DNA of 64,000 nucleotides from Candidatus Cloacimonadales bacterium (GTDB lineage Bacteria; Cloacimonadota; Cloacimonadia; Cloacimonadales; JAIOQZ01). The stretch lies in NCBI GenBank assembly GCA_963674825.1, contig OY771587.1, positions 2,688,001 through 2,752,000 on the forward strand, read 5' to 3'. Under the pieces are notes generated by a model, which was not told the DNA's origin, searched no databases, and saw only the letters and a list, made by a program, of their open reading frames with translations. The position numbers and the translations under genes were made by a program. Of this stretch, positions 1-9,271 are shown piece by piece (position 1 is the stretch's first letter; every line of letters begins with the position of its first letter).

Positions 1-1032
1 ATTGATCATTACACTAGTGGACGAAGTGGCTTTCTATTTCCCGGTGACCCGAATCCGCTCTATATCACAATCGGTAACCAGGGTAGCGCAACTTCACCGG
101 AAATCAGCACCGAATTGACATTGCTCAACGGGCAGGCAACAATATCGCCTTATGTTGACACATCAGCTCCACTCGAGGGAGGAGAAAATGTGGAACTGTG
201 GTTCGATATCACTCCGGATATCTCAACGCAGACCGGCTCGATCCTGACGTTCGAACTCGAAGTGGACGCAGGCGCATACAGCTTTACGCGAATTCTGGAA
301 ATCCCGGCTGGCGAACTTTGGGAACTTTTTGATAACTTCACGGATCTTCCGTGGCAGTTCACTGGCGAGGGGGACTGGACGATCGACGACGAAGGCTTCG
401 AATCGAACCAAAGTGCTCGTTCGGGTGATATCGGCGACGATGAATCCAGCGGTCTGACCATCACCATGGAAGACTTACGCCAGGGCACCATTTCGTTCCA
501 CTACAAGGTCTCTTCCGAAGCAGATTACGATCATCTGCGTTTCTTCATCGACGATATCCAGATGGGTATGTGGAGCGGTGATACCGGCTGGCAGGAGAAG
601 GTTTGCCCGGTTACAGATGGAACTCACGCCTTCACTTGGCTCTACACGAAAGATGCGGGTGCGTCGGATGGCGATGACTGCGCCTGGGTCGATGCAATCA
701 TCTTCCCGCCACACGAAACCTGGAACGCTATCGACACCGAAGAAATGGCGAAGCTCGTGAAGCAGGGTCTGACCAACTACCCGAATCCGTTCAATCCCGA
801 AACGACCTTTGCCTTCGCGTTGGAAGAGCCGTCGCACGTGTCGCTGGAAATATTCAACATCCGTGGCCAGCGAGTTCGCAAACTGCTCGACGAACGCATG
901 CAAAACGGCATTCATCATGCTGTATGGCAAGGACGGGACGATACAGGACGCGCTGTTTCATCGGGTGTGTATTTCGCACGGATAATTACTGCTACCGGCG
1001 CTGTTGTGAAGAAGATTGCAATGATCAAGTAG
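1..1032 (+). CDS. Secreted multi-domain protein, C-terminal part (5' truncated by the window edge), with FlgD-Ig/T9SS-type-A-like C-terminal domain
   Basis: Frame 1 is open from base 1 (IDHYTSGRSGFLFPGD...). Internal beta-rich SSEADYDHLRFFID domain. C-terminal NYPNPFNPETT...IFNIRGQRVRKL...SSGVYF...KKIAMIK. Confidence 0.85.
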   Translation: MDHYTSGRSGFLFPGDPNPLYITIGNQGSATSPEISTELTLLNGQATISPYVDTSAPLEGGENVELWFDITPDISTQTGSILTFELEVDAGAYSFTRILEIPAGELWELFDNFTDLPWQFTGEGDWTIDDEGFESNQSARSGDIGDDESSGLTITMEDLRQGTISFHYKVSSEADYDHLRFFIDDIQMGMWSGDTGWQEKVCPVTDGTHAFTWLYTKDAGASDGDDCAWVDAIIFPPHETWNAIDTEEMAKLVKQGLTNYPNPFNPETTFAFALEEPSHVSLEIFNIRGQRVRKLLDERMQNGIHHAVWQGRDDTGRAVSSGVYFARIITATGAVVKKIAMIK

Positions 1033-1052
1033 ACTATCAGTAGTTTATCATA

Positions 1053-1082
1053 GCCCCTTGCCGCGATGCGGTGAGGGGTTTT
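1053..1082 (+). terminator. Probable intrinsic terminator
   Basis: gccccttgccgc-gat-gcggtgaggggt hairpin followed by a short T run, 20 nt after the stop. Confidence 0.55.
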
Positions 1083-1086
1083 CAAT

Positions 1087-1160
1087 TGTAGGGGCAGGTC
1101 TCCGTGCCTGCCCTTCCTGTTTACGGAGAAAACGGGCAATCACAGTGGATGGCCCCTACA
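1087..1160. repeat. GTAG-type REP/REPIN-like inverted repeat element
   Basis: tgtaggggc (1087-1095) and gcccctaca (1152-1160) are terminal inverted repeats; internal gggcagg...cctgccc hairpin. Confidence 0.6.
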
Positions 1161-1230
1161 CCAACCCTGGGTACGCAGAGCTCCTTGAATCTTCAACGCC
1201 CTCATCTCACATGCAACATGATTTTTTACT

Positions 1231-1245
1231 TGCAAATGATTCGCA
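1231..1245 (+). promoter_or_regulatory. Candidate Zur/Fur-family operator
   Basis: Imperfect palindrome TGCAAATGATTCGCA (12/15 with its reverse complement) 20 nt upstream of the Fur-family gene heading the znu operon. Confidence 0.4.
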
Positions 1246-1264
1246 TGTAGAATATCTTGGTTTC

Positions 1265-1678
1265 ATGAATCAATGCAATGCTGAAAATGTGCTCGAAAAG
1301 AGCGGGATACGTAAAACGAGACAGCGGATCGATCTGTTGTGGATCATGATCCGCGAGGTATCGTTTTCTGCGAACCAGTTGCAGAAGGATTTGCCGCAGA
1401 TCGATCTCGCGACCATCTACCGGTTTATTCATCTGCTGCAGGAGCATAACATCATCCGTGAGATCGCTTATCTGGATGGACATCAATTCTTTGAATATGT
1501 CTGCGAGCATCACCCACCGCACGGGCACTTTTACTGCGAAAATTGCTGTCGCCTCTTCTGCCTGGCGCCGTTTGATTTCGACCAAAGTTCAATCCTGATC
1601 CGGAATGCGGAAAGCCACCGGATCGACCACATATCGCTCATCATGAAAGGAGTGTGCAGAACATGCCGCGAATCTTAA
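1265..1678 (+). CDS. Fur-family metalloregulator, probably Zur
   Basis: GIRKTRQR, DLATIYR, HHPPHGHFYCENC and C-terminal CRTC motifs; adjacent to a zinc ABC transporter; start reassigned to ATG 1265. Confidence 0.85.
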   Translation: MNQCNAENVLEKSGIRKTRQRIDLLWIMIREVSFSANQLQKDLPQIDLATIYRFIHLLQEHNIIREIAYLDGHQFFEYVCEHHPPHGHFYCENCCRLFCLAPFDFDQSSILIRNAESHRIDHISLIMKGVCRTCRES

Positions 1679-2583
1679 TGTTTTTTTTCATCGCTTTACT
1701 TCTGCTGGCGTCCTGCTCGACGGATCGTCAGAAAGAAGCCCTGTCCAAACCCATGGTCTATGTCAGCATCGCGCCGCAACAGTACTTCGTCCAGCGTATA
1801 GCCGGTGACCTGGCAGATGTGCGCTTGATGCTTCCATCCGGGTCCAGTCCGGTGACCTATGAGCCTACGATTAAGCAGCAAGTTGAGCTCAAAACCGCCG
1901 CGATCTATTTCCGTATCGGTGTCCCTTTCGAGGAATCATTCCTGGCCAAAGTTGCGGAAGCCGCGCCGGACCTGAAGATTATCGACACACGGAAGGGCAT
2001 ACACTTGCGTGAAACCGAGTCGTTCGAGGATGTCGCATTGCATCTGGGAACGGAAGACGCTGAACACCACGACCACGATCACGAGCATGAGCATGGCGAG
2101 AAGGATCCGCATATCTGGCTCTCACCGATGCTGGTGAAAATCCAGGCGATGACTATCGCGAATGCACTGATCGAACTGATGCCGAATCAGAAGGGTGTTA
2201 TCGAAAAGAATTTGCTCGCTTTCTACAATGATATGGATCTCCTCTCGATCGAGATTACGAAGACACTCGAGCCGATCCAGAATCGCACCATGCTGGTTTT
2301 TCATCCTGCGTGGGGCTACTTTGGCGATCAATTTGGTCTTCAGCAGATACCCATCGAGATTGAAGGCAAAGAGCCGCTGGGCAAGTACACGGTCGAGATC
2401 ATGAATTACGCCCGTGAAAATGGAATCAAGGTCATCTTTGTGCAGAAGCAGTTTGACGAAGCTATTGCGCAAAGCATAGCGAACGAGATCGGTGGGGGCG
2501 TGGTTCCAATCGATCCTATGGCACCGGATTATCTGGAGAACATGCGTAATATCGCTACGACCATCGCGGAGAATATCCGGTGA
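1663..2583 (+). CDS. znuA: Zinc ABC transporter substrate-binding lipoprotein
   Basis: Lipobox LLASC, His-rich loop HHDHDHEHEHGE, DPHIWLSP, HPAWGYF; RBS aaggag before ATG 1663. Confidence 0.9.
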   Translation: MPRILMFFFIALLLLASCSTDRQKEALSKPMVYVSIAPQQYFVQRIAGDLADVRLMLPSGSSPVTYEPTIKQQVELKTAAIYFRIGVPFEESFLAKVAEAAPDLKIIDTRKGIHLRETESFEDVALHLGTEDAEHHDHDHEHEHGEKDPHIWLSPMLVKIQAMTIANALIELMPNQKGVIEKNLLAFYNDMDLLSIEITKTLEPIQNRTMLVFHPAWGYFGDQFGLQQIPIEIEGKEPLGKYTVEIMNYARENGIKVIFVQKQFDEAIAQSIANEIGGGVVPIDPMAPDYLENMRNIATTIAENIR

Positions 2584-3305
2584 AAACAGCTGTCAGTGTT
2601 GAAAACGTTTCCTTTGCCTACAACACACAACGGGTGCTGGAAGATATCGACCTCGATATTGAAACAGGCGAGTTCATTGCGATCGTTGGCCCGAACGGCG
2701 GTGGCAAGACGACCCTCTTGCGGCTGATGCTGGGACTTCTGAAACCGAATCGCGGATCGGTCAGAATAATGGGTAAAGCCCCGGACAAGGCGCATCGGTT
2801 CATCGGTTATGTGCCGCAATACGGCGTGAAATACGAGGATTTCCCGGTGCGCGTTCGTGAAGTGGTGATGACGGGCGGCCTGACTGCCGGTTCTTTTTTT
2901 CCTTTCTGGTCGGCGATGATCAAATCGAAGGCTGACGAGATGCTGGAGAAAATGCAGATCATGGATCTGGCTAACGAGCGCTACGGCGATCTCTCGGGTG
3001 GTCAGAAGCAGCGAACGCTCATCGCACGAGCCTTGATATCCAATCCAGATATCCTATTTCTGGATGAGCCCACGGCCAGCGTTGATATGCGTATGGAGCT
3101 TGGTATCTATAAGCTATTGAAGACCATCGACAAAACGATCGTGCTTGTCACGCATGACATCGGTTTCGTCTCGACCTACGCTGACCGCGTGGCTTGCCTG
3201 AATCGCCGTATCGCGATTCACAAGACCGAAGAAATCAATGCGGATGTCATATCAGGAACCTACCACGACCAGATGGAGATCATCAGTCACCGTTGCGGTC
3301 TGTAA
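2580..3305 (+). CDS. znuC: Zinc/metal ABC transporter ATP-binding protein
   Basis: GPNGGGKTT, GYVPQ, LSGGQKQR, LFLDEP; GTGA overlap with znuA. Confidence 0.9.
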   Translation: MKTAVSVENVSFAYNTQRVLEDIDLDIETGEFIAIVGPNGGGKTTLLRLMLGLLKPNRGSVRIMGKAPDKAHRFIGYVPQYGVKYEDFPVRVREVVMTGGLTAGSFFPFWSAMIKSKADEMLEKMQIMDLANERYGDLSGGQKQRTLIARALISNPDILFLDEPTASVDMRMELGIYKLLKTIDKTIVLVTHDIGFVSTYADRVACLNRRIAIHKTEEINADVISGTYHDQMEIISHRCGL

Positions 3306-5001
3306 TCTCTGGCAAACGATAGACATAGATATGGTAATAGTCTCCCTTGTCCCGTGCGATCGGCGTCAATCCGATCCGGTCCGCATTGCGTATTGGTAGC
3401 GCTGAGAAAAGGTAATCAACTCCCATTTCACGAAGCTTCTTCAGGTTCAATTCACAGGTTGTCGAAGGTAGGGTCTTGCGCAGCCAGTTTTGATCCAGCA
3501 TATGTATAAATACCCTGTCGTCGAAGAGATATAACTGCGATCCCCATTTCTTCATGTAAATCTCGAGCACTTTGTTTTGTCGCATTTCGCCTTGCAGGAT
3601 TTCCACGAAATCATTTTTCAGATGCAGCGGATAAGACGGGCAATATGCGCCCAACGTCCGGTATCCGTTGAAGTTGGCGACCGATGGTGCGAAGCAGAAA
3701 CATCCGATGCGCGTCGTGGTTTTGTCGAACTCTGGTTCGTTATCTTCCAGAAATTGCCCGATCCTGTCAAACTGGTCGGTGGACATTACCTCATTAAAGG
3801 TCGGTTTTTGCCTCCAGGCTTTCAAGCTCGAGAAGCTGTAGTTGATCCCTATCTGGATGAGAAGTACGGTTGTAACAAGGATCATAACCGGTTTTTTCCA
3901 CTTAGAGCGCTGGATGGCGTAGCTCAGGACTATACCGACCAGCAAGTACCATACGGGAGGGGTAAGGAAGTAAAACCGCGAATAGTCGAACCCGAATTTC
4001 ATCCGCATGTAGAGATTGTTTATCGGCTCATACCGGTAGATGGCGAAGATCACGGCACAGAAGAAGATGAAGCTTTCCAGAATTATGACAAGCCTTCGAT
4101 TGGGTGCATCCTTCTTGCGCAACATCACGTATGAGCCGATGACGATGATCGGAAGAAACAAATACTGGTGAAACGAGTGTGCGTGCTGCTGCGATTGCAC
4201 GAAAAACGAAAGAAAGAAATCGGTCATGACGGTGCCCAGATTCTTCGATGCCAGCAGGATTTCGGAGCGGTTGGACGGAATCTTCTCGAAAAAGAGGATC
4301 ACGAAGAACGAGTAGTATACCACGCAGTAAATAGTGAGCATGATCAGCATCGGTGGGATCAGTCGCCAGAAGGGCTTCCTGGCGATTGCTAGCGCAATCA
4401 TGATGAAACCGAGGATCATCAGGATGAAGATGCCGGTCAGAAAGAATCCCGAATACAGGGTGTATAGCACGACGCATAGGTAAGAGATGATGAGGTGCTC
4501 TTTATTCCAGATAGATAAGAATGCCCAGGCGAGAAGGGGAAGTCCCGCGATGGATAATCCACCCTGCGGCCAGAACGGCAGGTAGATATATGCGATCGCA
4601 AGCAATGCGGGTAAAATGCGAGGAACGTCACGCATGAAGAACCTTCGGAGCAGCAGGAAGAATCCGATGAACCCGAGGATGCGATAGACCATCTCGTTGA
4701 TGATGTATCCAGGCAGGAATCCGAATTGCCAGAAAAGTTTCTGAACGGACAGAATCGAGACTCGGAAGATGGGCTCCATGCCAGGGAGATAGTTTTCGGG
4801 CATGTCATCCGTAGGAAAGAACTTTCCGTGGAATCCTCCATCGAAGATACCGAGATAGCTGATCTGATCGAGGTTGTCGAACTGGTTAATCCAGACGTCG
4901 CCTCCTTTGATCAGATAGGGTAGTACATATATCAGAAACAGAACAAAGACGATTGCGAAAACCCAACGGGGCGAGTCGTACCATTTCAATTTATTGGGCA
5001 T
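3283..5001 (-). CDS. Polytopic membrane protein, DUF6044/YkoS-like; putative GT-C-type glycan transferase
   Basis: N-terminal TM followed by FDNLD acidic loop, about 12 hydrophobic segments, RFYFLTP motif and a soluble C-terminal domain; last gene of the glycan operon; start reassigned to MPNKLK. Confidence 0.6.
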   Translation of the reverse strand: MPNKLKWYDSPRWVFAIVFVLFLIYVLPYLIKGGDVWINQFDNLDQISYLGIFDGGFHGKFFPTDDMPENYLPGMEPIFRVSILSVQKLFWQFGFLPGYIINEMVYRILGFIGFFLLLRRFFMRDVPRILPALLAIAYIYLPFWPQGGLSIAGLPLLAWAFLSIWNKEHLIISYLCVVLYTLYSGFFLTGIFILMILGFIMIALAIARKPFWRLIPPMLIMLTIYCVVYYSFFVILFFEKIPSNRSEILLASKNLGTVMTDFFLSFFVQSQQHAHSFHQYLFLPIIVIGSYVMLRKKDAPNRRLVIILESFIFFCAVIFAIYRYEPINNLYMRMKFGFDYSRFYFLTPPVWYLLVGIVLSYAIQRSKWKKPVMILVTTVLLIQIGINYSFSSLKAWRQKPTFNEVMSTDQFDRIGQFLEDNEPEFDKTTTRIGCFCFAPSVANFNGYRTLGAYCPSYPLHLKNDFVEILQGEMRQNKVLEIYMKKWGSQLYLFDDRVFIHMLDQNWLRKTLPSTTCELNLKKLREMGVDYLFSALPIRNADRIGLTPIARDKGDYYHIYVYRLPEITDRNGD

Positions 5002-5002
5002 G

Positions 5003-6127
5003 TCATTTCCTTTCATAGAAACGATGGATCGCTTCGCAAACGCGATCGACATCGCCGAGAGTAAGATTGTAATGCATGGGCAGCCTCAGGATGTGGTTGG
5101 CTGTCTCGATCGTAACCGGTAATTCGTCTCCATCGTACGTGCCGTTCCAGTATGGTGCCAGGTGCAGCGGTTGGTAGTGGAAGGCCGACTGGATGCCTTT
5201 CTCGTGCAGGTAATCGATAAGCTCCCTGCGCTCGACTTCCGATTCGCAGAGAATGAAAAAGGCGTGGCCATTGGGCTGTGTGTTCTGCGGGATGGACGGC
5301 AGATTTTCCGGTGGCAGCACGGATCGCAGGTTTTTCAGGTAGCGGTTGAACAGCGTAAAGCGGTAATTGGTCACGTCTTTCAGCGCGTCCAACTGGGCGT
5401 GCAAAAATGCTGCCTGGAGTTCGCTGGCGAAGTAGTTCGACCCCGGAAGCTGCCATGTGTATGCGGCTACTTTGTTCTCCTCGAACCGGCTTCTATCCGT
5501 GCCGCGATCGCGGATCATGCGCACGCGCTCTATCAGCTCCGGGTGCTGTACGATCACCGCACCGCCTTCACCGCAATGGATGTTCTTGGTTTGGTGAAAG
5601 CTCAGGGTGGAAATATCGCCGTAGGTTCCCAAGAGCTTGTCGTGATACTGTGCGTCGATTCCGCAAGCGTTGTCTTCCACAAGGTAGATACCATGGCGGT
5701 CGCAGATTTCGCGGATGCGGATCATCTCACACGCGATACCGCTGTAATGGACTGCGATGATGGCTTTGGTGCGCTCGGTGATCAGCGCTTCGATCATATT
5801 CTCATTAATGTTACGAGTGTCTTCACGGATTTCGCACCACACCGGCTGCACGCCAAGTCTGACAAACGCCGTGGCGGTTCCTACGTGGGTGAACGACGGT
5901 AGGATTACCTCGTCACCAGATTTCATCTGCATGGCGAGAGCTGCGATCTCCAGCGCAGCGCTACACGACGAAGTAAGGAGCGCGATTGGGGCACCATACA
6001 TATCTTTGAGCCGTGCTTCACAGCTCAGGCCGAAGTCGCCGTTTCCGCAGAAGTAGTCCGAGGCGAATACCTGCTGGATGTTCAGTTCTTCCTGTCCGGT
6101 TATCAGCGGTCGGTTGAAAACAATCAC
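5003..6127 (-). CDS. wecE: dTDP-4-amino-4,6-dideoxyhexose aminotransferase (DegT/WecE-RffA family)
   Basis: SCSAALE, VHYSG, EDNA, SFHQTKNIHCGEGG (PLP lysine), GTDRSRF, FHYQPLH; GTG start overlaps the upstream TGA. Confidence 0.85.
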   Translation of the reverse strand: MIVFNRPLITGQEELNIQQVFASDYFCGNGDFGLSCEARLKDMYGAPIALLTSSCSAALEIAALAMQMKSGDEVILPSFTHVGTATAFVRLGVQPVWCEIREDTRNINENMIEALITERTKAIIAVHYSGIACEMIRIREICDRHGIYLVEDNACGIDAQYHDKLLGTYGDISTLSFHQTKNIHCGEGGAVIVQHPELIERVRMIRDRGTDRSRFEENKVAAYTWQLPGSNYFASELQAAFLHAQLDALKDVTNYRFTLFNRYLKNLRSVLPPENLPSIPQNTQPNGHAFFILCESEVERRELIDYLHEKGIQSAFHYQPLHLAPYWNGTYDGDELPVTIETANHILRLPMHYNLTLGDVDRVCEAIHRFYERK

Positions 6128-6813
6128 GATGAACCTCCCCATATGTATCGCGGACTGGCATTACCCACGTTCAACAGCAGATCGAGGATACTCACACGGT
6201 GCTCGAAATCGCCGTATGGCTGTGGGTAGATGGGATACTCGGGATACTGGAAGAACTCGACACCAATTCCCTCTTTCTCGAAGAGTGCGACATCCAGATA
6301 ATTTTTTGCTGCTGGGCCAGAAACATAGATATCTGCCTCCAGCTCTCTGGCGATGGATAACAGACGCAGGTTACGATCCTCAGAGACGGTAAAATCCTCA
6401 TCACCGTGAAAAGTGGTTTCGATACCGAGTAGTACGCTGATTTTCTTGATAAAGTAGCGGTTGAGCTCGTAAAGGTTGTCCCAGCTTCGATCCAGGTACA
6501 CGTCTTGCAACAGATCGTTGAAATGATCGAATCGCCTGCATGTATGATAGTTATGGCATATTGTCATGTAATGCTTCTGCTGCCAGTCGGTTCCGTCAAT
6601 CTTTGCTTGTGCTATCGATGTTGAGCGATCAGCGCGCACCGGCACCGTGAGCCACAACAAGCCTTCACGTGTCTTGATTAGATTGCGGTTACGCCAATCG
6701 CGCGTGGTGTATTGTACCGAATCGAGGAAAACGAAATCGTCTACGTCATGGATGATGTGGAAATAGCCCTTCCATGGGATGTAATTGGACTGGAGAATCG
6801 CGACCTTCTTCAT
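6124..6813 (-). CDS. WbqC-family protein (putative aminoacyl/glycyl transfer to amino sugar)
   Basis: QSNYIPWKGYF, DSVQY..RDWRNRN, YVSGPAAKNY, SILDLLLNVG signatures. Confidence 0.9.
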   Translation of the reverse strand: MKKVAILQSNYIPWKGYFHIIHDVDDFVFLDSVQYTTRDWRNRNLIKTREGLLWLTVPVRADRSTSIAQAKIDGTDWQQKHYMTICHNYHTCRRFDHFNDLLQDVYLDRSWDNLYELNRYFIKKISVLLGIETTFHGDEDFTVSEDRNLRLLSIARELEADIYVSGPAAKNYLDVALFEKEGIGVEFFQYPEYPIYPQPYGDFEHRVSILDLLLNVGNASPRYIWGGSS

Positions 6814-7466
6814 CGTGCCTTCCTGAGAAATCTGGCCGGGTTTCCGACGCGTATATCCATTGTATCCATGTCTGACAACAGCACCGATCCCATACCAAGT
6901 GTGGAGTATTTTTTGAGGTGCAGACCTTCGCGCACGGTGGCATTCAATCCGATGTGAACACCATCATCAATCACAACGCGTGAGCTGATGCAGCTTTGTG
7001 CGGCAAAGTGACAGTAATCGCCGACGACGGAGTCATGACCGATGGATGCGTTAACCATTACAAGGCAACATTTACCTAGGACTGCTTCCGACGAAATAGA
7101 AGCGTTGGGCATTACGACGGTACCGCTTCCAAGCCTTGCGCTGGGTGCGACATACGCCATGGGATGAACGAAAGTGAGGAGTTGTTCGTCTGGAATGTTC
7201 AGCTTATCAAAGAGGGCGATCCGACCTTTTTGTCCATCGATGCGGTAGATGGTGTACACGAAATGGTAGCCCTCGTCGATGAACGCGGCAATCTCTCCTG
7301 TTGTTCCCAGCACGGGCCAGGAGCCGATTGTGTCGCCTTCCTGTTGGCGGTCGTTCAAGAATCCGGCAACGATGGGGTCGTCATCGTGACGATGGGCATG
7401 GGTGATGGCGTCGGCGATCACGGTTCCATTCCCGATACCGCCGATTATAATCACTCGTTTAGGCAT
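6810..7466 (-). CDS. NeuD/PglD-family sugar acyltransferase (left-handed beta-helix)
   Basis: N-terminal IIGGIGNG Rossmann-like start, hexapeptide repeats, IGHD, GNPAR. Confidence 0.85.
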   Translation of the reverse strand: MPKRVIIIGGIGNGTVIADAITHAHRHDDDPIVAGFLNDRQQEGDTIGSWPVLGTTGEIAAFIDEGYHFVYTIYRIDGQKGRIALFDKLNIPDEQLLTFVHPMAYVAPSARLGSGTVVMPNASISSEAVLGKCCLVMVNASIGHDSVVGDYCHFAAQSCISSRVVIDDGVHIGLNATVREGLHLKKYSTLGMGSVLLSDMDTMDIRVGNPARFLRKAR

Positions 7467-7469
7467 GAT

Positions 7470-8324
7470 TTACTCCGATTCGATTTTGAAATGCGGCTTG
7501 AACCGGCACAGGAAGCGCTTATCCTTTATCAGCAATGAGAGGATGAATCCAATAACCGCGAGTGTTCTGAGAAACCGGTTCTTTGTGCAGGAATAAATAG
7601 TGACGGTTTTCGCTATTCCCAGCAGACCTAACACCTGATGAGGTATTCTCCCGAAGACAAAGATTCTCGTCATGGCCAATGCAAGGAGCTTTCGTATAGA
7701 ATAGGTACTGCGATTACCGGGACGCGACTCGCGTTCGAGCTTGATTGTCGCCCAACTGCATCCGCTGGCGTGCAATTGGCTCAGCAGCGTTCCTGGCTGG
7801 ATGGGCTTACGGAAGATCGGATCCAGGCAATCGCGCCGTAGGATGCGGAAAACCCCGGCACAGCGAGGATTGCGAATGGTTGTAAGCCGGTTTGACAGCA
7901 GATAGAAGCCAATGGACGCGAGGTTGCGCCGCAGATTCTGGTTAGACTGCGGTCTGCTGGCGATGACCATGTCGATCTGCGAATCGAGGATTCGCTGGTA
8001 GAGAACCTCAATGTCCTCGGGCTTGTCCTGAAGGTCGCTGTCCATGACCACGCAGTATTTTCCTCGGGCGCGGGTCAGTCCGGCTGCGATTGCGTTCGAT
8101 TGCCCATAATTCCTGATCAGCTTGATTAGCCGGATATGGTTGTATTGTTCCATTTGCTGGCGGATGATCTGAACCGAGTCGTCGCGACTTCCGTCATCGA
8201 CGAGTAGTATTTCGTATTCGAGTTCCATTCGGGTCATGGCTTCGCTGGTTCTCCTGATGAACTCGGTGATGAACCGCGAGCCGTTATAAACAGGTGATAT
8301 TACCGATATCTGGATGGATTTCAT
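7470..8324 (-). CDS. GT2 polyprenyl-phosphate glycosyltransferase (GtrB/ArnC-like)
   Basis: ISPVYN, VDDGSRD, RNYGQSNA, MDSDLQD, C-terminal hydrophobic segments. Confidence 0.85.
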   Translation of the reverse strand: MKSIQISVISPVYNGSRFITEFIRRTSEAMTRMELEYEILLVDDGSRDDSVQIIRQQMEQYNHIRLIKLIRNYGQSNAIAAGLTRARGKYCVVMDSDLQDKPEDIEVLYQRILDSQIDMVIASRPQSNQNLRRNLASIGFYLLSNRLTTIRNPRCAGVFRILRRDCLDPIFRKPIQPGTLLSQLHASGCSWATIKLERESRPGNRSTYSIRKLLALAMTRIFVFGRIPHQVLGLLGIAKTVTIYSCTKNRFLRTLAVIGFILSLLIKDKRFLCRFKPHFKIESE

Positions 8325-9271
8325 TGTGCGCCTCCCGCGAGAATGTCCTGTTTTCGTATGTTATCGTGGATGGAGAGTATTCCGCCGATCAGTGCGGGGA
8401 TACCAGCCATAATCAGGAAATTGAGAATCGATATGGCGATTAGATCGGCAGGAAGGATGTTCAGTCTCTGGTAGAAGAAGATAAAAGCGCTTTCTCGGAT
8501 ACCGAAACCGCTGGTTGTTAGCGGAATCAGCGCGATTGTCTGGATAAGTGGCACAAAACAAAGGTGTTGTATAAAAGGCAGTGGGTGCCCGAATAATAAA
8601 AAAAGGAAATGGATGTTCAGGATGCCGAAAAGCTGCACGAGCAGGACAAAACCAATACCCCGAATCAAATACGTGCGGTTTGCCTGTGCCAGCAGATTCG
8701 CAAGCCTCCGGAATTTCAGCATGATTCTTTGCGGTAGATTACCACCGTTGCCTTCTTTGACACTGACCTTACGGACAATCATGAAAATAGCTATCAGGCC
8801 TGTGATAATAATGACGAGGGAAATCCGTAAAATCCAAATCCATTCGATGTCGTTTAAGAAAAGGCTTGCGAGCAGCGCCAGCGTGAATAGGCAGAAAACC
8901 CCCATGAATTTACCCAGGATTACCGACCCGATCGCGGCTTTCGTATCGATTATGCGCATCAGGATGTAGGCGCGAATGAGCGCGAAGCCGTCAGCGGAAG
9001 GCAAGAGCACACCCCAGAAGATCGAAACAAAGTTGATACGAATAAGGCGCGATAGTGGGTAGTTAACCCCAAGTGCATTCAACATGTAATGCCAGCGGAA
9101 TCCGGCGAGAACGGGTATGCATAGAATCGTGATCAGCAGGCAAGGTATCAGCCACACAAAGTTGCCGTCTGTAATCCGAATCTCGCTGAAGGTGACGCGA
9201 TATCGAATTACAAGAAAAGTGAGTAGTGCTACTGCGATCAGCAACTGAATCCATTTAAAAGCCTTTTTCAT
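8321..9271 (-). CDS. Lysylphosphatidylglycerol-synthase TM domain / flippase-like membrane protein
   Basis: RW..ML, LPSADG, IPLTTSGFGIRE motifs; about 8 TM segments. Confidence 0.75.
   Translation of the reverse strand: MKKAFKWIQLLIAVALLTFLVIRYRVTFSEIRITDGNFVWLIPCLLITILCIPVLAGFRWHYMLNALGVNYPLSRLIRINFVSIFWGVLLPSADGFALIRAYILMRIIDTKAAIGSVILGKFMGVFCLFTLALLASLFLNDIEWIWILRISLVIIITGLIAIFMIVRKVSVKEGNGGNLPQRIMLKFRRLANLLAQANRTYLIRGIGFVLLVQLFGILNIHFLFLLFGHPLPFIQHLCFVPLIQTIALIPLTTSGFGIRESAFIFFYQRLNILPADLIAISILNFLIMAGIPALIGGILSIHDNIRKQDILAGGAQ

Noticed and set aside
1058..1264. 69-aa N-terminal extension of the Fur-family ORF
   Set aside because: It runs through a terminator, a REP-like element and the promoter region; Fur homology starts at 1265.
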